NCBI GenBank assembly: GCA_002633005.1
Contig: NMRA01000411.1
Location: 291,083-355,082, forward strand
Length of the DNA: 64,000 bases
Direction of reading: 5' to 3'
From: Phoronis australis
Taxonomy: Eukaryota > Animalia > Phoronida
Notes under the pieces: model-generated
What the model was told of the DNA's origin: nothing
What the model saw: the letters and a program-made list of their open reading frames with translations, nothing else
The model's database searches: none
Part shown: positions 26,114-41,100 of the stretch, in pieces
Position numbering within the stretch: position 1 is the first letter of the stretch
Layout: each line of letters starts with the position of its first letter
Program-made: the position numbers and the translations under genes

Positions 26114-29100
26114 CTGAAATGAATTATCGTGAAAGTTAAATCAGTTCCACAAGTCAAAAAACTTGTGTTATAATTTGGCCTGTCTTTTTGTGAAATGCAG
26201 GAAATATAATTTGACCTCCCTTAGATCCTCAGTTCGCACGTCACTACTTTACCACCACACCACTAGTTCGTCAGCGTACTGGAAAGTCCTTAAAACCTTT
26301 TTAAGTCATCTGGATTTTGACATTGCATCGGTGAAAGAAGAGTGCAGCCTCATTTATTATGTTGTACTTTGTTTGTCGATTGTTGTAAGAGTATATGTTA
26401 CTGTCCGTGGTTTGCCATTTTAAAACACAAGCTTGATGGAGAGACTCATCTGGATATACTGCTGTTTAATTACATTATTAGTTCAATTTTAAGTGTCTGT
26501 TCGCATCAAAGCAGCCATAACTTTTAAAACTGATTTAAAGGCTATAACTCTCAATATCTGAGCACTTTAAAACACTGTTTAGAAGTGGCAACTGTAGTGC
26601 TGTTCTGACTCTCTGTGAGGGTGGTTCAGCTGTGCCTTCTGACGCAGCGCCACCTATACTGTTAAGCTGGAGGTTATATCTGTTGTAACTTGGTGTGAAC
26701 ATGGCAGTTGGAAATGTTACAACTCCGTAGGTGGCGCTGCTGTCAAATCTCATTGGTAAAGATAGTGCACTGGTGTGAATCAAAAAGCAATGGCACTGAC
26801 GACTGGTGACCAAATCCCCGAACTAAGGTTACAACAGCTTTTAACTGTCAGTGGGAATGGTAACCAATTACATAACGGTTACGACGACAGAAAAGGTGAA
26901 CAAGCGTGAAAGTTCTTCTTCTTACCTGTGTTGTTCGGACGTGATAAGGAAAGTTGCTGTTAGCTGCAGAAGGCCTTGTTAAAAACTGAAAAAAAAGAGA
27001 TTTATATATGACCCAATGCAGCCCAAATTTACAAGGACAGTCCTGGTCGTACTAAAATAGGTCAACAAAAGTAGAGAAATGTCAATGAATGAAGGAATAA
27101 AACCTGGAAATCTAAGAAATTAAGATCTCTGTGCTACGATTTTATGACAAATCTCTCTTGGCATGTGCACATCTAATGGTCTTTTGAACCTTTATCGAGT
27201 GTGATCATGCACTTTTAGTGGAATAGGGTTAAATTATCTACATCTCACAAAAACTGTTAAGGAAAAGATCTAATTTCATAAATACCAGTTTTAATTAAAG
27301 AATACGTCATGGCTACCAAGTAATGTTCTGTCAGTTGTAATGAATTATGCCAAGTCTTATCACGCATCATACATTTTTCTTGTTAAGTTTACTGTCGACT
27401 TCTGGGCCTGGCGTATAATCTTTTTACTAGAGATCAAACTCAAAATTATTTTTTGGGGATATTCTGCCGGTTCTACTTTTGTGCCAACTCAGAGTGACTG
27501 CCTATTGTTCTGTGCTTATGTGGATAACTGTCTAATCCTTATTTGCACTTAATGACCCAATAATTGAGGCTAAAACTAGAGCCTGAACTCAATATTTCAA
27601 GATTTTGCTCGAGTTTTCAGCTTCAATCTAAGAATCATCAAATGTGAACTTGGACAAGAAACTCATTTGCAAACACCATGACATACTCGTGCACAGAATA
27701 ACAGACACTTATCGCACAAAAGTAGAAAGGAAAATGACAAAAATATACTTTCTAGTTGGATTTCAAGAAGAAAGACAAGATCCAGGTCCCAGATAAAAAG
27801 TTTCCAAATCCAGATATGAAGGTACTCCATAGTTTGGTATTTCCGCAGTCTTTGTCCAGCATCACAACTTGCAAGTAGATTGTCTACTAGGCTTCCAAAA
27901 GTTATTAAAGCCAAATGGAACTGCGGTGTTTTATTGTTGTGAAGTCATCGCTAACGGGGTAATTGTTCTGCTTCCCACAAAATGAACTTAGGTCACTGTT
28001 CATCGTATCGAGAATTGGCGCTTGCGGTTTTTGTTCAAATCTATATACGAAGGCGCTGGGAAATGGGCGGAGTCCCCTTTGTGTTTTCATTAGCAACACA
28101 AAATTTTGCACTGTGTGTTATACGTCATCGAAGTACGTGGTCACCTCAGTGACAGTTCGGTGTTTGTCCTGTTTTTGAAAAACGACTTAGGATTAATAAC
28201 CAGGAAGTTGCAATTACCTACGCCACTTGACACATGTGAATTAAAGAGTAACACAAAATGTAGACATGATAACTGCATGTAAAGGCAATTGAAGGCAAAG
28301 GAAATTGCATGCGTTTTGAGAGATAATGATTTACAGACATATGGTGCTATATATTAAGGAATGAAAGCATTGACTGTAAGTTTGCTTATCAATAAGTCCG
28401 AGTTTTTAGCCAAATATCTACAAAGCTATAGATTTTAAATCAGTAAAAGTATTTATTTTCTGAAACTAGGGAGCCTGTAGAATGTTATTTTTGACTTAAC
28501 ATTAATCTGGGAACTTGTCGTTATAATAAAGTTTAGCAAAAAAAGGTATCAATAACATGACCTAATTTTGTTTCATATAAATGTTTAAGATAAAATCTCA
28601 AAAGAATGTTTTGGTTTTTTAAATTACCATTACGTTTTTGTTTTATGGAACTTTTAAGTAAAGATGGAACATTTTGAAAACAATTTCTGGCGCGTTTTTA
28701 GAGACCAGCATATCAAGCTCAGTACGTGAAGGTTTCATATGAATGCGGTCAGCCAGTTTTGAGAATGTCGATTATTGAAAACGTGCAATAGCCTGGACGA
28801 GAATAGTAGCTTTGCCAGTTTTTTTCAAATTTGATTGAAAGTTCATTAGTAAATTGTAGAATGAAAATTGGGTTTAGGTGTGTTATAGCAGCCATCACGT
28901 GAAAACATGCTGACACAGATTTCTGGAGAGTGAAGTAAAACAACTCACCAAAAATATGGAATGTCCCAAGAAAGCCAGAGATAGCTCTAGACCGTTGATG
29001 ACTTTTTCTCTCATGTACTTAGGAATAACAAAGTGACCAGCTAACACCAAACAAGGCATAGCCACGAACCTGAAAAAAGTAACGTAAAATACAGATGCAA

Positions 29101-32100
29101 GTGCCAGAAGCCACCGAAACCAATTTATACATAACTTGGTGGTTGATTAATGCTGTGTTCAGACCAGCTAAACTTGGGTACAACTTTTTAATAGTTTTAA
29201 CTGTTATATAATCACTGCTGTTCACATCATCAACTGTAAGTGTTGAAAAACTAGTCTCTGGTTTTATTCAATAGTTGTCAAGTGCTATCGCTTTCTCCTT
29301 CCGCACCCCAGTTCGTGCATTATTACACCGTGGTTTCCAATGAAATTTGACATCAGTGCCACCTACTGAGTAATAATTTTTGCAAATGCAGTGGTCACAC
29401 CGATCACAGTGATCATCTCTCGCTGAACCACCTTCGTAGATGATTATCACTGCGCTACAGATACAGCTTTTAAAACCAGTTTTAAATTGTTTAGACAGTT
29501 ATAACCCTTAAATCGGTTTTAAAAAAGTTATAACCACTTTGGCACTAGTTTCCCAATAACACGCCTAAAGTGTTACTAATGATTGCCGATTCAGCACACT
29601 TTGTAAGGAGTTTTCAGACTTGTTCTCTAAACTTTTGAGGGTCGACGAAGGTCACATAGCATTACTTTATTTTAGAGAGCTAAATGGGAAAGTCACGGTT
29701 CATATCTGTTGATGGGCCAAAACCCGAGTTTAGTATCCCTTTAATTTTTAAAGCACTTGTATCCTTATTGATCAAGCAGTGTGAAGACTTGTACTAGGAC
29801 CTATCAAAGGGCTGAGAAAAATGGGAAAAATGACCTTACTCATGTTTTTAATCAAAAAGCTAGATGTTAAAGAGGTCTTACCATATTGAGTATACAATGA
29901 GGAAAGGGTAATAAAACTTTCCTTTTTCTGGGTAATGTTTAATTGTGAAGAAGATGGCGTAGCAGAACCATAGCCAACCAATCAGACGCAAGCCGATCAG
30001 ACCGTAACCAGCTGGACTTTCGTACAAGTAAATGACCAAGCCAGGATCAAAGAACTGAAATGAAGTTGTTGCTGATGAACAAACAATCACAGAGAGATGA
30101 CGAACGCAACACCTGTTAATATTTTATTAACTTCTTTCCATTAAGGTTATCTAAGACCTTAATAAACGACCTTAACTCCAAGTCAGATATCAAGAAACAT
30201 GCTTTGTCAACCATTAAAGTATATACTTCCTGAAAAGAGAAAGATCGAGGATTCTAAAAATATGCTTCTTACTGCTGTGGCTATATTATAGTCTCGTGAC
30301 CACGTTTTATGTCAAATTTTCATGTGCAAAAAAGTACATTTATAGCAAAATAACCCAATATATACTTTCAATGGTTGACAAAAGCACATTTTTTGATATT
30401 TGACTAGATAACCTTTTAAGAGTGTGAGTACTAAAATCATAAGGGTTTTGCACCTCAATTACGGCGTAGGGAGCTAGGTGCTCGCGCAAATTCAAAATCC
30501 ACACCTGTCTAACATACACATGTGCAACCCACCAGAAATATTGTTTATCTAGTAAAAAATAAAGAGTGAAAAATATTCCAGGACAATACAAGTCACCGAT
30601 CTCTTAAAACAACAGAAATATGTGTTTGGGGAGTCTATAAAGGAGAGGGCCACTAGTAACGAAAATTGTGGAAGGGTTTTTTAGAAAAAAGAGGTACAGA
30701 TTCCTGTATAAATACTGAAACTTTTGAAATACATGCACATTTCAATACCTGGCGCAAAAAGGTGATCAGTTTTGATGCCAAAATCAATGAAAACTACACC
30801 CACTTCAACACCAAAATCGGTAAATACCCTTCCCAATTCAGCAGCACATGCGCACTAACAAACAGTTTGGGAGTACCCCCCCTCCCTCCGGGTACAATTG
30901 CCACATTGCAGAACCAATAAGAAACTACTCACGTTTGCTTGATAGATGAACAACGTGACATATACCACCACATACGCTGTCATAAAGATGGCGATTTTGA
31001 TAGACCCTGACTGACTTAGACGCCCTCTGGTGATTGTATAACCTTTACCCATCAGAATCAACATTAGCAAGAAAACCAGTATGCTGCACGATCCAAAAAT
31101 ATTTCCTGAAAATAAAACATAAAGCATTTTGGCAACACGGCACCAGATGTGCTCTGAAGGTGGCGCCACGGATGAAGATTACTAGCCTACATGATTGATA
31201 TATTGTCAACATGATATGTAACAACCAAAGATGCACAGCAGGGATTTTTGGAAACATTCGTTCTACCAATGAGCTAAATCATTTAGCTCACTGGTTCTAC
31301 CAACATGGCAGCATCCAAAATGAGCCCCCAGGATAGACTTTTGGAGAAAAGTGGTGGTGTTCTTTCAGAAACTTGTAAATTAGCATCCACATTGCCCTAA
31401 TTTGGCAAGTTTTTTCAAACATGTTACGAGAGAAAGGTTTCACATTGTTGGCAGCTTGGTTATTGCAACACAAGTCTTGCGACACTTCTTGTCGAAATTT
31501 GGAAATTTTGAGCAAAAATTTTGCCTAATTGATAACTAATTTAGAGCTATTTAATGTCTAATTCTCTAGTGGAATTTCAGAATGATGACTGAGCCAGACT
31601 GACTTGGACGAAAAACCTCGTAATTCTTAAAAATCAGTTGTAAACAATCAACAAGCCATGCATCACTGCAGAACGTACCCGTAAGTTTCAAGTCCGACAG
31701 CACACTGTCGTCACCATGATAGGCGTACTCATTGTAGCCGATACAGTGAAAGATGACTTCTGCGAGTTCTGTCGAGACGGACACCATGAACATCTTGAAG
31801 GTGGTGTGAAACAACTGGCGGTTACTAAGAAGACCTGAAACATGGGAAAACATTTACCATTCAAGTTCTGATCTTCAGACCATACCACAGTAATTCTTTA
31901 CTTGTTTAGCACGTGACATGACAAAAAGGTAAAATTTTATTAGTTTTATTTCAAAGTCAATTTTTTCAGAAAAAAGCTGCACTACAAGCCTTCCATCAAC
32001 AACACTGGGAATTAATTTGGACACGTGCCGTCATGAAACTGCTCTTAATTTGTTCCTAACTCAAATCAGATATGATTCTGATCTTGAAAAGAACTGTTAC

Positions 32101-35100
32101 TTCATCATTGCTGGAGACTCCACCACGTATTTAATGACCCGCTGGCCTGTGAAAAACAAACTTCATGAGCACGCAATTTTGAATAATAATGAGCTGATAA
32201 TTTTCTCAAGCCCACTAATCACTTTTTAGCCACTTAAGTAAGGAAAAAATTGGCATCGGTTTCTTATCACTAAGTGGTGTGAGGGTGACGTCAATAGCAG
32301 CTTTTAGGACGCTGTAATTTAACTTAGCTTGTACTGCACAAGAGTTATAAAGCTACGTGATAAAGTTGTTAATTTTTATGTCACTGTAGTGAAGCTAGAT
32401 TTCTTAAATTGCAAAAAGACCAGTTATTGAGAAACAAATGAAGCATTTTTGTAAACAATTCATAATTCTAAGCGTAGCTTTATGCAATTTAAGTGATTAG
32501 AAAACACTACACAATTCATTCAAGAATGGTGACACATAATATTTTAGTCAGACAAACAACACAGGTAAAGAATTGAAAAATGTCTTGCCAATAGATGGCA
32601 GCACCTTTCAATTAGAACGTGAAACTACTAAGCTATTGATATCTCATAAGAACAAACATTGTTGGCTAATTTGAACAAGGTTGTCATCATTTAGAAGCAT
32701 CTCAATCTTACAATGATTTTTAAAATTAATTTTACTTACGAGCCACATATACTGATATAGCAAATATAATGATGTATATGACCACAAAGGCAATGTCTGT
32801 CTGAAGAATATCTGAAAGATATATTAAACATTATACATCAACAGATATAAATAATAACAATATCAACTCTTAAAATGTACTCAGTAAAGCTGCCCATCAC
32901 AGAGAAGTTAAATTGTCACCCGATGGTGACACAAAAAATTTGGTAAGGTTGGTTTAATGTTGACGCTTTGTTAGGTTAGTTAAAAGTGCATATTAATTCG
33001 AAGTGAACAGATGAATATAACAGCGAAGTGTCGACGTATTGTTATGGTACTGCTTAACTGCCAGTGTGATGGAAGTTATCCAACAGTGGCATATATAGCA
33101 TTAAAAATTACGTTCTTCAAATACTCACCATTCTGCTTCTATATGCATCTTATTTTACTTTATCTGAATATGCATTTGACTCTTCACATTTAAAAAATAC
33201 ACATACTCAAAATTTCAGTTTAAAATCACAGTGCTGCCTTTCATAATGTTGAAGATCCTGGCATTACTAGGCAACAGTTTTGATGTGGTTCAGTTTAAAC
33301 ACCAATGGGAAACATCAAGTAAGTTAACTTCACTGTTTACATCGACACACCTCTAATAGGAGATTTAAAGCTCATCTTAAATGGTAACACCAGTAAATTT
33401 GGTTCCTACAGTATGTTAAGAGCATTGCTCCAAGTCCATTGGTGCCATAAATTGTCAAATGTAACCAACTGTTAGACGAATTGGCTTGCTTTTGTCTACG
33501 TCACTGTGAGAATCACTTTTTAATTCAAACAGCTGTGAATAACACCAGCAGGCAATGGTGTCCTATTCAGACCCCCTATTCAATGCAACTCATATCGGTC
33601 TTTTGTTGTTTTGCCTGGGATCTCGTGGTGAAGCAATATGACACCAAAAAGGCAGCTTCACCTATCATTTGACGGGCCAACATTTGCGTGACTGAATTTG
33701 TGTTTTCCTATTTTGCAAAGGCTTTGCTAGGACTACCTGGTTAGCCCAATACATCTAAAATAAAATTCCATTGAAGGTAGGCTTTAATTTAATTGGAAAA
33801 TGTTTACTAGCACACAGACAGCTGTGCAATAGCCTTTCCTGTACACATTAAAGGAAGATCCAATGTTCACTATGTGACAACTTACTCCACCTTATTGAGG
33901 TAGGATAATTTGTTCAAGGGTAACTTATGCCACTTCTGACCGCTGTGTGGCCGCAAACCTGGGGCAAGACAGAAGCAATCATCAGCTACAGCTACATACA
34001 TACGGGTCTTCTTTTTTGCACTATATTTGCACTATATTTGCATCAGCTGTTCATTGTCACGCACAGAGCGACAACTTCCACCTAGTGCTAGTTATTGGAT
34101 ACGTGTGTGGATGCTCCACTTAAAGTTAAGTTGTACTAGTAAAAGTTGTACTTAAGGTTAAGTCTGTAGGTGGACTAGGCTTTACAGTATCTGTAACTTG
34201 ATCTACTTACAGAACTCATCAGCTGAGAAGTGATGAAAGTAATGGTCACTCTCATCAGAGTTAGTGAGATTCATCTCAAACATCAAGTCGATGCCCTGAA
34301 ATGTAGAATTTCATGAATCATCAAGAATTACATAGAATTAATCCAAAATCAAATTTAATATCAAATGTCACCAATTTTTACAAAAAATAAATGCAAAGGC
34401 TACCTTTCCCAAACATTGTAGTGAATGCTTACAATTTTTCAAAATATTGTCTCAGGACAGCTACTGTACATAATTTGAACATTAATCTGAAGTTAAGTCA
34501 GCAAAATCAAAAAATAAAATTTGACATAGTGTCCTAAATTGGTGAGATTACATGTAAATGCATTTTATCACTGCAATAATAACCACAGCAGGCAAAACCA
34601 AAACAGACTGTGATTTAAGGCCAAACAAACTTTGTTATTGTTTCTGAAAGATCAAAGTGAACAGGTTCAAAATGTACCAATCATTAAAAGGTTAAACAAA
34701 TTTTGATAAAATGAGATTTTGCCATTCTGCCATATTGTCTTCTAATTTGAAAAAACATTTTTCATGCTACCGAGAGTATTGCATTGGCGTAGACTGCACG
34801 GAGGCACGCCCCTGGGTCTTAAACTTAACATTGCATAACATATTTGTACAAAAAATCAGAAAAAAAACTCTTAAGGTACCTGTGGATTACCACAGTTGCT
34901 GACAGCAAGGTACCACCACCGCTCTCTGCTTGACCTAAATATTCGACCTCCACTACACACAATGTCAACACCGATGTCTTCACATCCCGACCATCTCTGA
35001 TTCTCGGTGAGTTTGATCACCTGATTATTGGTCGGATCAAACATCGACACCTTCTGTGAACAGTTCTGAAATGAGAAAAGAATGATGAAACCATGGCAAC

Positions 35101-38100
35101 AGGTGTAGATGTTGGTGAAGTGAATGAAATCATGAAAACAGTGAACGCGTGTTTATTTTTCCAGTCTTTTTACCGTATAATACTATGCAAATATGGATCA
35201 AGCCCGAGGGTGATTTTTGATCTTAGTGGACCAAGAGTGAGGAATATTGCCCTCGACCTCAGGAGATATTGATCACTCAAGGTCCATAGAATCTGATTGC
35301 CCTGATGCACCTTTTCACTGATTTTTGTCTTCTGTTTCTGTTTATGCGTTCGGCTACCTTTTTCCACAAGTGTATGCTAATATATTGAATTTACGGAAAT
35401 CAACCCTGGACATAAGCCTTAAAGTCAATACACCAGTTTTGGTATGATGGCAACGAAATACTTAAAACAGCAACAAAACCAGGAAGGATATGCTTTGAGA
35501 TCAAGCTGAATCAATATTATTCATAGGAGTGACACAAAAAGGTATTGAAGTAAAGTTTCCTCAAATTCGGAAAAAAATGACAAAATTTTTTCATTTATAG
35601 CCAAAAATTTTGAAAATTTCATTGTGTGTTTGTTGATGACAGCTGTACCATATAAAGTTGTCATATAATTTGGTAAAATTGTCTTCTTGTTTACACTTGT
35701 TGAAAATTTTGATAACACTTTGTATACTGTTCCGCCAGATTGAAGAAACTTAGAAAATTCTTAAACCAGGAAGAGGAACAAGGAACTCACCAACAATTAT
35801 TTTTTTTTGAAACTATTGCATGCATGTTCATACTTGATTATGGGCACGATTTTTTGTCAATTTATTATTTTTACAGAAGACTACAAAGAGGGCTTTTTCT
35901 CCAGAAAGCTTGATGAACAATGTTCAATCCTTTTCAAAACCGACCCTTTTTAAAATTTCAAGCTTTTTCAAAAGGCTTAAACGACAAGCATTCTGCATGC
36001 CATGTATGCTAGATGTGAGACACATTAACTTTTCAGGAAGTAACTTTCATTTTTCATCAAAAATAAACAAAACATATGTGCAATGACTTAGAAAACAGCT
36101 CAGGTGATAACAGCACATGCCATAGCTGACAATGAAGTCAGGAAAACTTTGCAATAACCACGTCAGGAAAAACATGGATATCACTGTTGGCGAGTCTGAG
36201 AGTCAAAACAGAAAATAAGAAACTCATCTGGATTAGTCAGCAAGTATGCAATGTACTGTCTGCAAGAAGTGTGCGTAGCGCCACCTGTGCTGGACTCTGA
36301 AAGTTGTATGCTGAGAAAATGATGCAGGTGCTGCATAAATGTTTACAGTTGTAACACTGCCCACTCAATTTAATTTCGCTTCTTAATACATTTTTATGAG
36401 CATAAATGGACTCTTCTTCTTCATCTGATCCCTTTAGCATCGTTTAAATCATTCCTGTATTCTGGTTTAGCCAATAACAGTACACAACAGCACATCATTT
36501 TATTACCTGTAAATACTTACAGTGTTGGTCTTGTACACCGCTGGCCATTGATCAGCTGTGTCAAAGTACAGTAGTATTTTCTGTGGTTCATAGCTCTGAA
36601 AAATAAACGATGTTAGGTAACATAACAGGTTTGGATAAAGTTTCATGAGAAGTGATTTAAGATTTCAAGCCTTAGTTGAACTTCATTGCTAAGACCATTT
36701 TCTATGTTAAGACAGCAATTCCGGCTATTAGTTAAGACCGAAGACAAAAATTCAGAAAAGACTGTTTCATCAACACAGTCAGTTTTAGTTCTCATCGGTT
36801 TTAGTTTAAGCCAAAATTAGGTTAGTTTTCGTCACTGTGGGCCACATGCTAACTGTATTTTCTCCTCAAGTTGCCGATTCACGAAACAATGGGTGTCATA
36901 ATTTTGTCATTTAGGACAGACAACCACATCTTAGCCTACTTCACAGCCTAAGTCTGTATCAGGCTATGCACTTTCAATTTCAGCTAAGATGGACTTCGGT
37001 CTTAATTTTGGTTTTCAGGAAGTTCGTGAAACAGGGTTGAGTAAGATTGGTCTTAAGTTAGCTCAATTTTAGCCTAGTTAAGACCAAATAGTTTTATGAA
37101 ATGGGCCCCAGAGAACACAAAAGGGTTTGTGTTCTGAGAAAATAATGTCACACATGAATGTAGAAACCTGCAGTGTCCGTTACAACAAACTGACTTATTT
37201 TTGACTTAAGTCTAAGATTTGTCAAAACTTTGAAAAATTTCCACATCCGCTAAGTTAGTCAAAATTAGGACAAAACTTTCGTAAGTCAAACTTAAGATCT
37301 CTTTTTTCTAACAGACTTGAAACAAATTTAAGTTTTATCTTAAAGTTAACCGAAATTTAAGATTTATTTTTAATCAAGTCAGAGTTTTCTTGGAACAGAC
37401 CCATCATCGTAGGTATTGGTGGACACAGGCCTATTATAAAGCAACGACATTATTGTACAAAGAATATAGACATTTACAGTAGCCCTGAAAATGGCAGGCT
37501 ATCTGTATTTTTGGCCATGGTTGGACCGAGGTGAGGCCCTTGCCCATAATATGTGTAGGACTACGAAACTTCAAGGTGAAAATTTCCCAGTTAGTACTAC
37601 ACAATCCTGGGCTGACAATAATGTGACAGAAATACATAATTTTAGCAAGGATGTAGGCTTTTTTGCAACCCTAATGTTGCATTAAAATTTCTCCAATTTA
37701 TTGCCAAAATTAACCTATTTTCATTTTTCAAAGGCTACCAATATTCTCGTGAACGTCTACAATTTCTCAAAATACTCTACCAAGAGGTAGGGTATTCCAG
37801 TAGCAAATTTTAAAAACAATAAACCATTAATTTGGGGCTATCTACTTTAACGATGACATAAAAATAACGTAGACATACTTTGTGCCATATCCCGTCGTTA
37901 AGGCAGCCATTACTGTAACCAGTCTGGTGGCAGTGTCAGACACCAGTTAACGCTCAATAACAGTCATATCTCATGCGTACAGGAAGTTTGGCTCCTTAAA
38001 GTGATTATTAGAACAGCTCAATTCTTATATAAAATTATAAATTTTGTCCATCGTGAAACTAATTCAGTGAATTTTCCAAGTGTTTTGGTCCTGTGACTGC

Positions 38101-41100
38101 ATGCTATATGAGATTCCTGCATCATACATCCGCACCATACAGTACAAGAAATAACTGCTGTACAATACAAATGTAAATTATTAACTTACATAGTATAATC
38201 ACATTTCAAAAAGTATTGTTTTGTTTATTTCTTTGCATTGGTCCTCCAACTTCTTACTTTTTGTGACAAACTGTCGTCAATGCCTCGATGAACAATTGAA
38301 TGATAGGACTTATCATTTAAATTGTTTATAAGCTATTTATTGATTGTTGTCGTGACTGTGACTACTTAACTCATTTTCAAAATGCGGAGTAGTAATGTAG
38401 CTAAGCCTGAGAAACAAAAACAAAGACATTTTTGTAAATTCATTTTGCTCATATAATGCAACTAGTTTGAATCTAGGACCAATATTACTCCCAGGTTTGA
38501 ATAGAACAATTTACAACCACAAAAACTGATTCTAGAGTACTTTTTTAAAAATAAAATACAAAGTTAGTTTTATAGTTCGAAAGGTTGAAAAGTCATGATT
38601 ATCGGTGAGGACACTACTAAAATGGTTACAGAAACACTTTTTGATTGAAAGTAGATGTAACTATATAAAACACAAAACCGACCTTCAGGCCTTAAATTTG
38701 TAAACCAGTTGAACTTGTACAGAGGAGCTATTGTGGGTTGTCATTAAAATTGAGTTCTAGGACATCTCCATCAGTTAAAAGGTATAATATACCACAATGG
38801 AAAGAATGAAAATAAAAAAACCTCTGCTACTAGTCATTTTCCAATACAGCCATGACATAATGAAATACCCGGTATGCCTTGTCACTAGATGGTGTTAGTG
38901 AGTAGTTGGTTCACAGCATTCAGCTTTCTTGAACGGGGTGTAAATGAATTGGGATTTCTCAGCAATTTTTTATATAATTCTTTGGGACTATCATGCCATT
39001 GTGTAGTGGGATATTCAAATGTAATGTTACACAAAAACATGTCCATGGTCTCTAATCCGCATAAATAACAGCAACTGCATTTTTTTCCCAATGTCTGCTC
39101 GTTCAGTTTTGCCTATGACCCATCAGGTTTTGCACACCAGAGATTGAAAGTGGTTCAAGCGGCGACAGTCGCTTTTCGTGTTTTCACAATGCTAAAGAGC
39201 TGCATGTCAAATGTTTGGAAATATGTCAACTACCTAACATCTGGCCAATCAAGGACTGTTTTAGGCTTGTCTTCACTAGAGTCCCCCTTATACAACTGAA
39301 GCCCAGCATGACTCATAGGATGTTAACACAAGCTTTTCTTTGTAGTTGTGTTTGTCTGAATACACAAATTCAAAAGAGTCATAAGATGTCTGGATACTAT
39401 GTTTAGATGTTTGAACACTCTGCACAGACTGCACTGCTGTCTGATTTGACAAGCCAAGAGCTGCCTCATTTTAGGAAGCTGTTTATGGTTAGTTTTTCAC
39501 AAAAACATCACTTAAGCCAGGTGTTAAATGATCTAACATATTTTTTCTTGTTGTCCAGTGACAGAACATTGCAGATTTCCAATAGGAAACAAATATACCG
39601 GTACTATAACTTCTGTCAGTGATCATGGCACATAGTACATGTTGCCTGCACTTCATACTATGGTTAGAAAACAAATGTCTAGACTTACATTAATTTTCTG
39701 GCACATTTTCAAGCAAATTCTATGCAACTCTAATGCTCCCAACTGGAGGGATATAATTTTTCAAAACATTATCATGTATATAGCTTTGCTGCAGAACTAA
39801 TAGTGATAAAACATTTATTTAAAGCTATTAATCTTGTATAAAATGAAAAAATAAAATTTCCCTTGTCCAGAATTTAGTAACCTAAACTGGTGAGACTACA
39901 TATCAGTAGCAACATTACTTTGAAAAATGTTCCACATTCGGCTGAGTCCCCAGTGTTGGTCACATGTCTCAGTAACTTCCCTATTCACTCCACCATAAAC
40001 AAGGCACTATATAATAGTCTTCCTCCTTGCTGCAAGCTTATACCAGTAATCCCAGGGAGAGTCAATATAACTGAGAGCTAACAATGATTTGTGTCCTGGG
40101 CACAATGTTTACACTGACATTGTTTACAAGGATACTGTTTAGCTAATTATGCTTAGTAACTAATGGTTAGCACATAATAAATATTTCCTTGTCCTTTGTT
40201 TTGGTTCACTCCGCATGGTATGATCAATAGTAGTGTGCAGTAGTCACTGTAAGGTGTACACAGAATGTACCATGGAGTACAACAAGACTGTATACTCTAC
40301 CTTACCTTGATGCCATTCAAGGTCCTTCTCCATCAGTACCTACACTCTAACCACAGGCACCTGTAGCCCTCGACCACATACTATAATAAGTGTATAGTTG
40401 AGGGCTGATCAAAGGTGCCTGTGCTCTAACAGTACGGGTACCACCCTTGAAACACAGTATTTCTCTCTAATAGTATGTACATTAGCTAACCCAGGGACAT
40501 ATTGTTGTTGGCAGAGATGACTAAAATTTTATGCAGTTGATGATTGTTATTATGGTGAAAATTCTTCAGTTTGGGACACAGTATGGCGGACACTTGAAAC
40601 TTTGTCAAATTTCTCAATAAAATTAACTTTTCAGAAAATTTACTTTGCTTTTAGCATGGTTTGTATGGTGTAGGTACTAACAATTTGAAACAATATTTGG
40701 TAAAATTTTGAGCATTTACACCAATGTGGTAAACCTCTGAAAAATAGAAATATGGCAATTTTACAGTTATATTTCTAATTATGAATGTTACTTACAAAAT
40801 AAATGTTTAATAAAATGCAATGATGAAATTTCCTCAAAGTTAAAAAAATGCTTGCCAAAACTGCCATCTTCTACATTTTATTGTTAAAAATTTCAAAATT
40901 TCATTGTTTGTTGAAGACAGTTGTAGGAATAGCGAAGACAAGTTTTCTTCACGTTTATTTTTATTGAAAATTTTACTTGATAATTAATACGATATTTCAC
41001 GCACTCCACCATGTCTTGTTCTTAAGGGAAGAAACTTTACGGTACACCCACTCACAAATACGGGGATTTCTGAAAATAGGCCCATGGATGGATATTCGGA

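Noticed and set aside
26535-26813. Minus-strand 92 aa ORF as an extra TMEM145 exon
   Set aside because: No phase-0 acceptor puts this frame in register with exon 11, and exon 11 joins 26113 with the expected TQ-IGI continuity.
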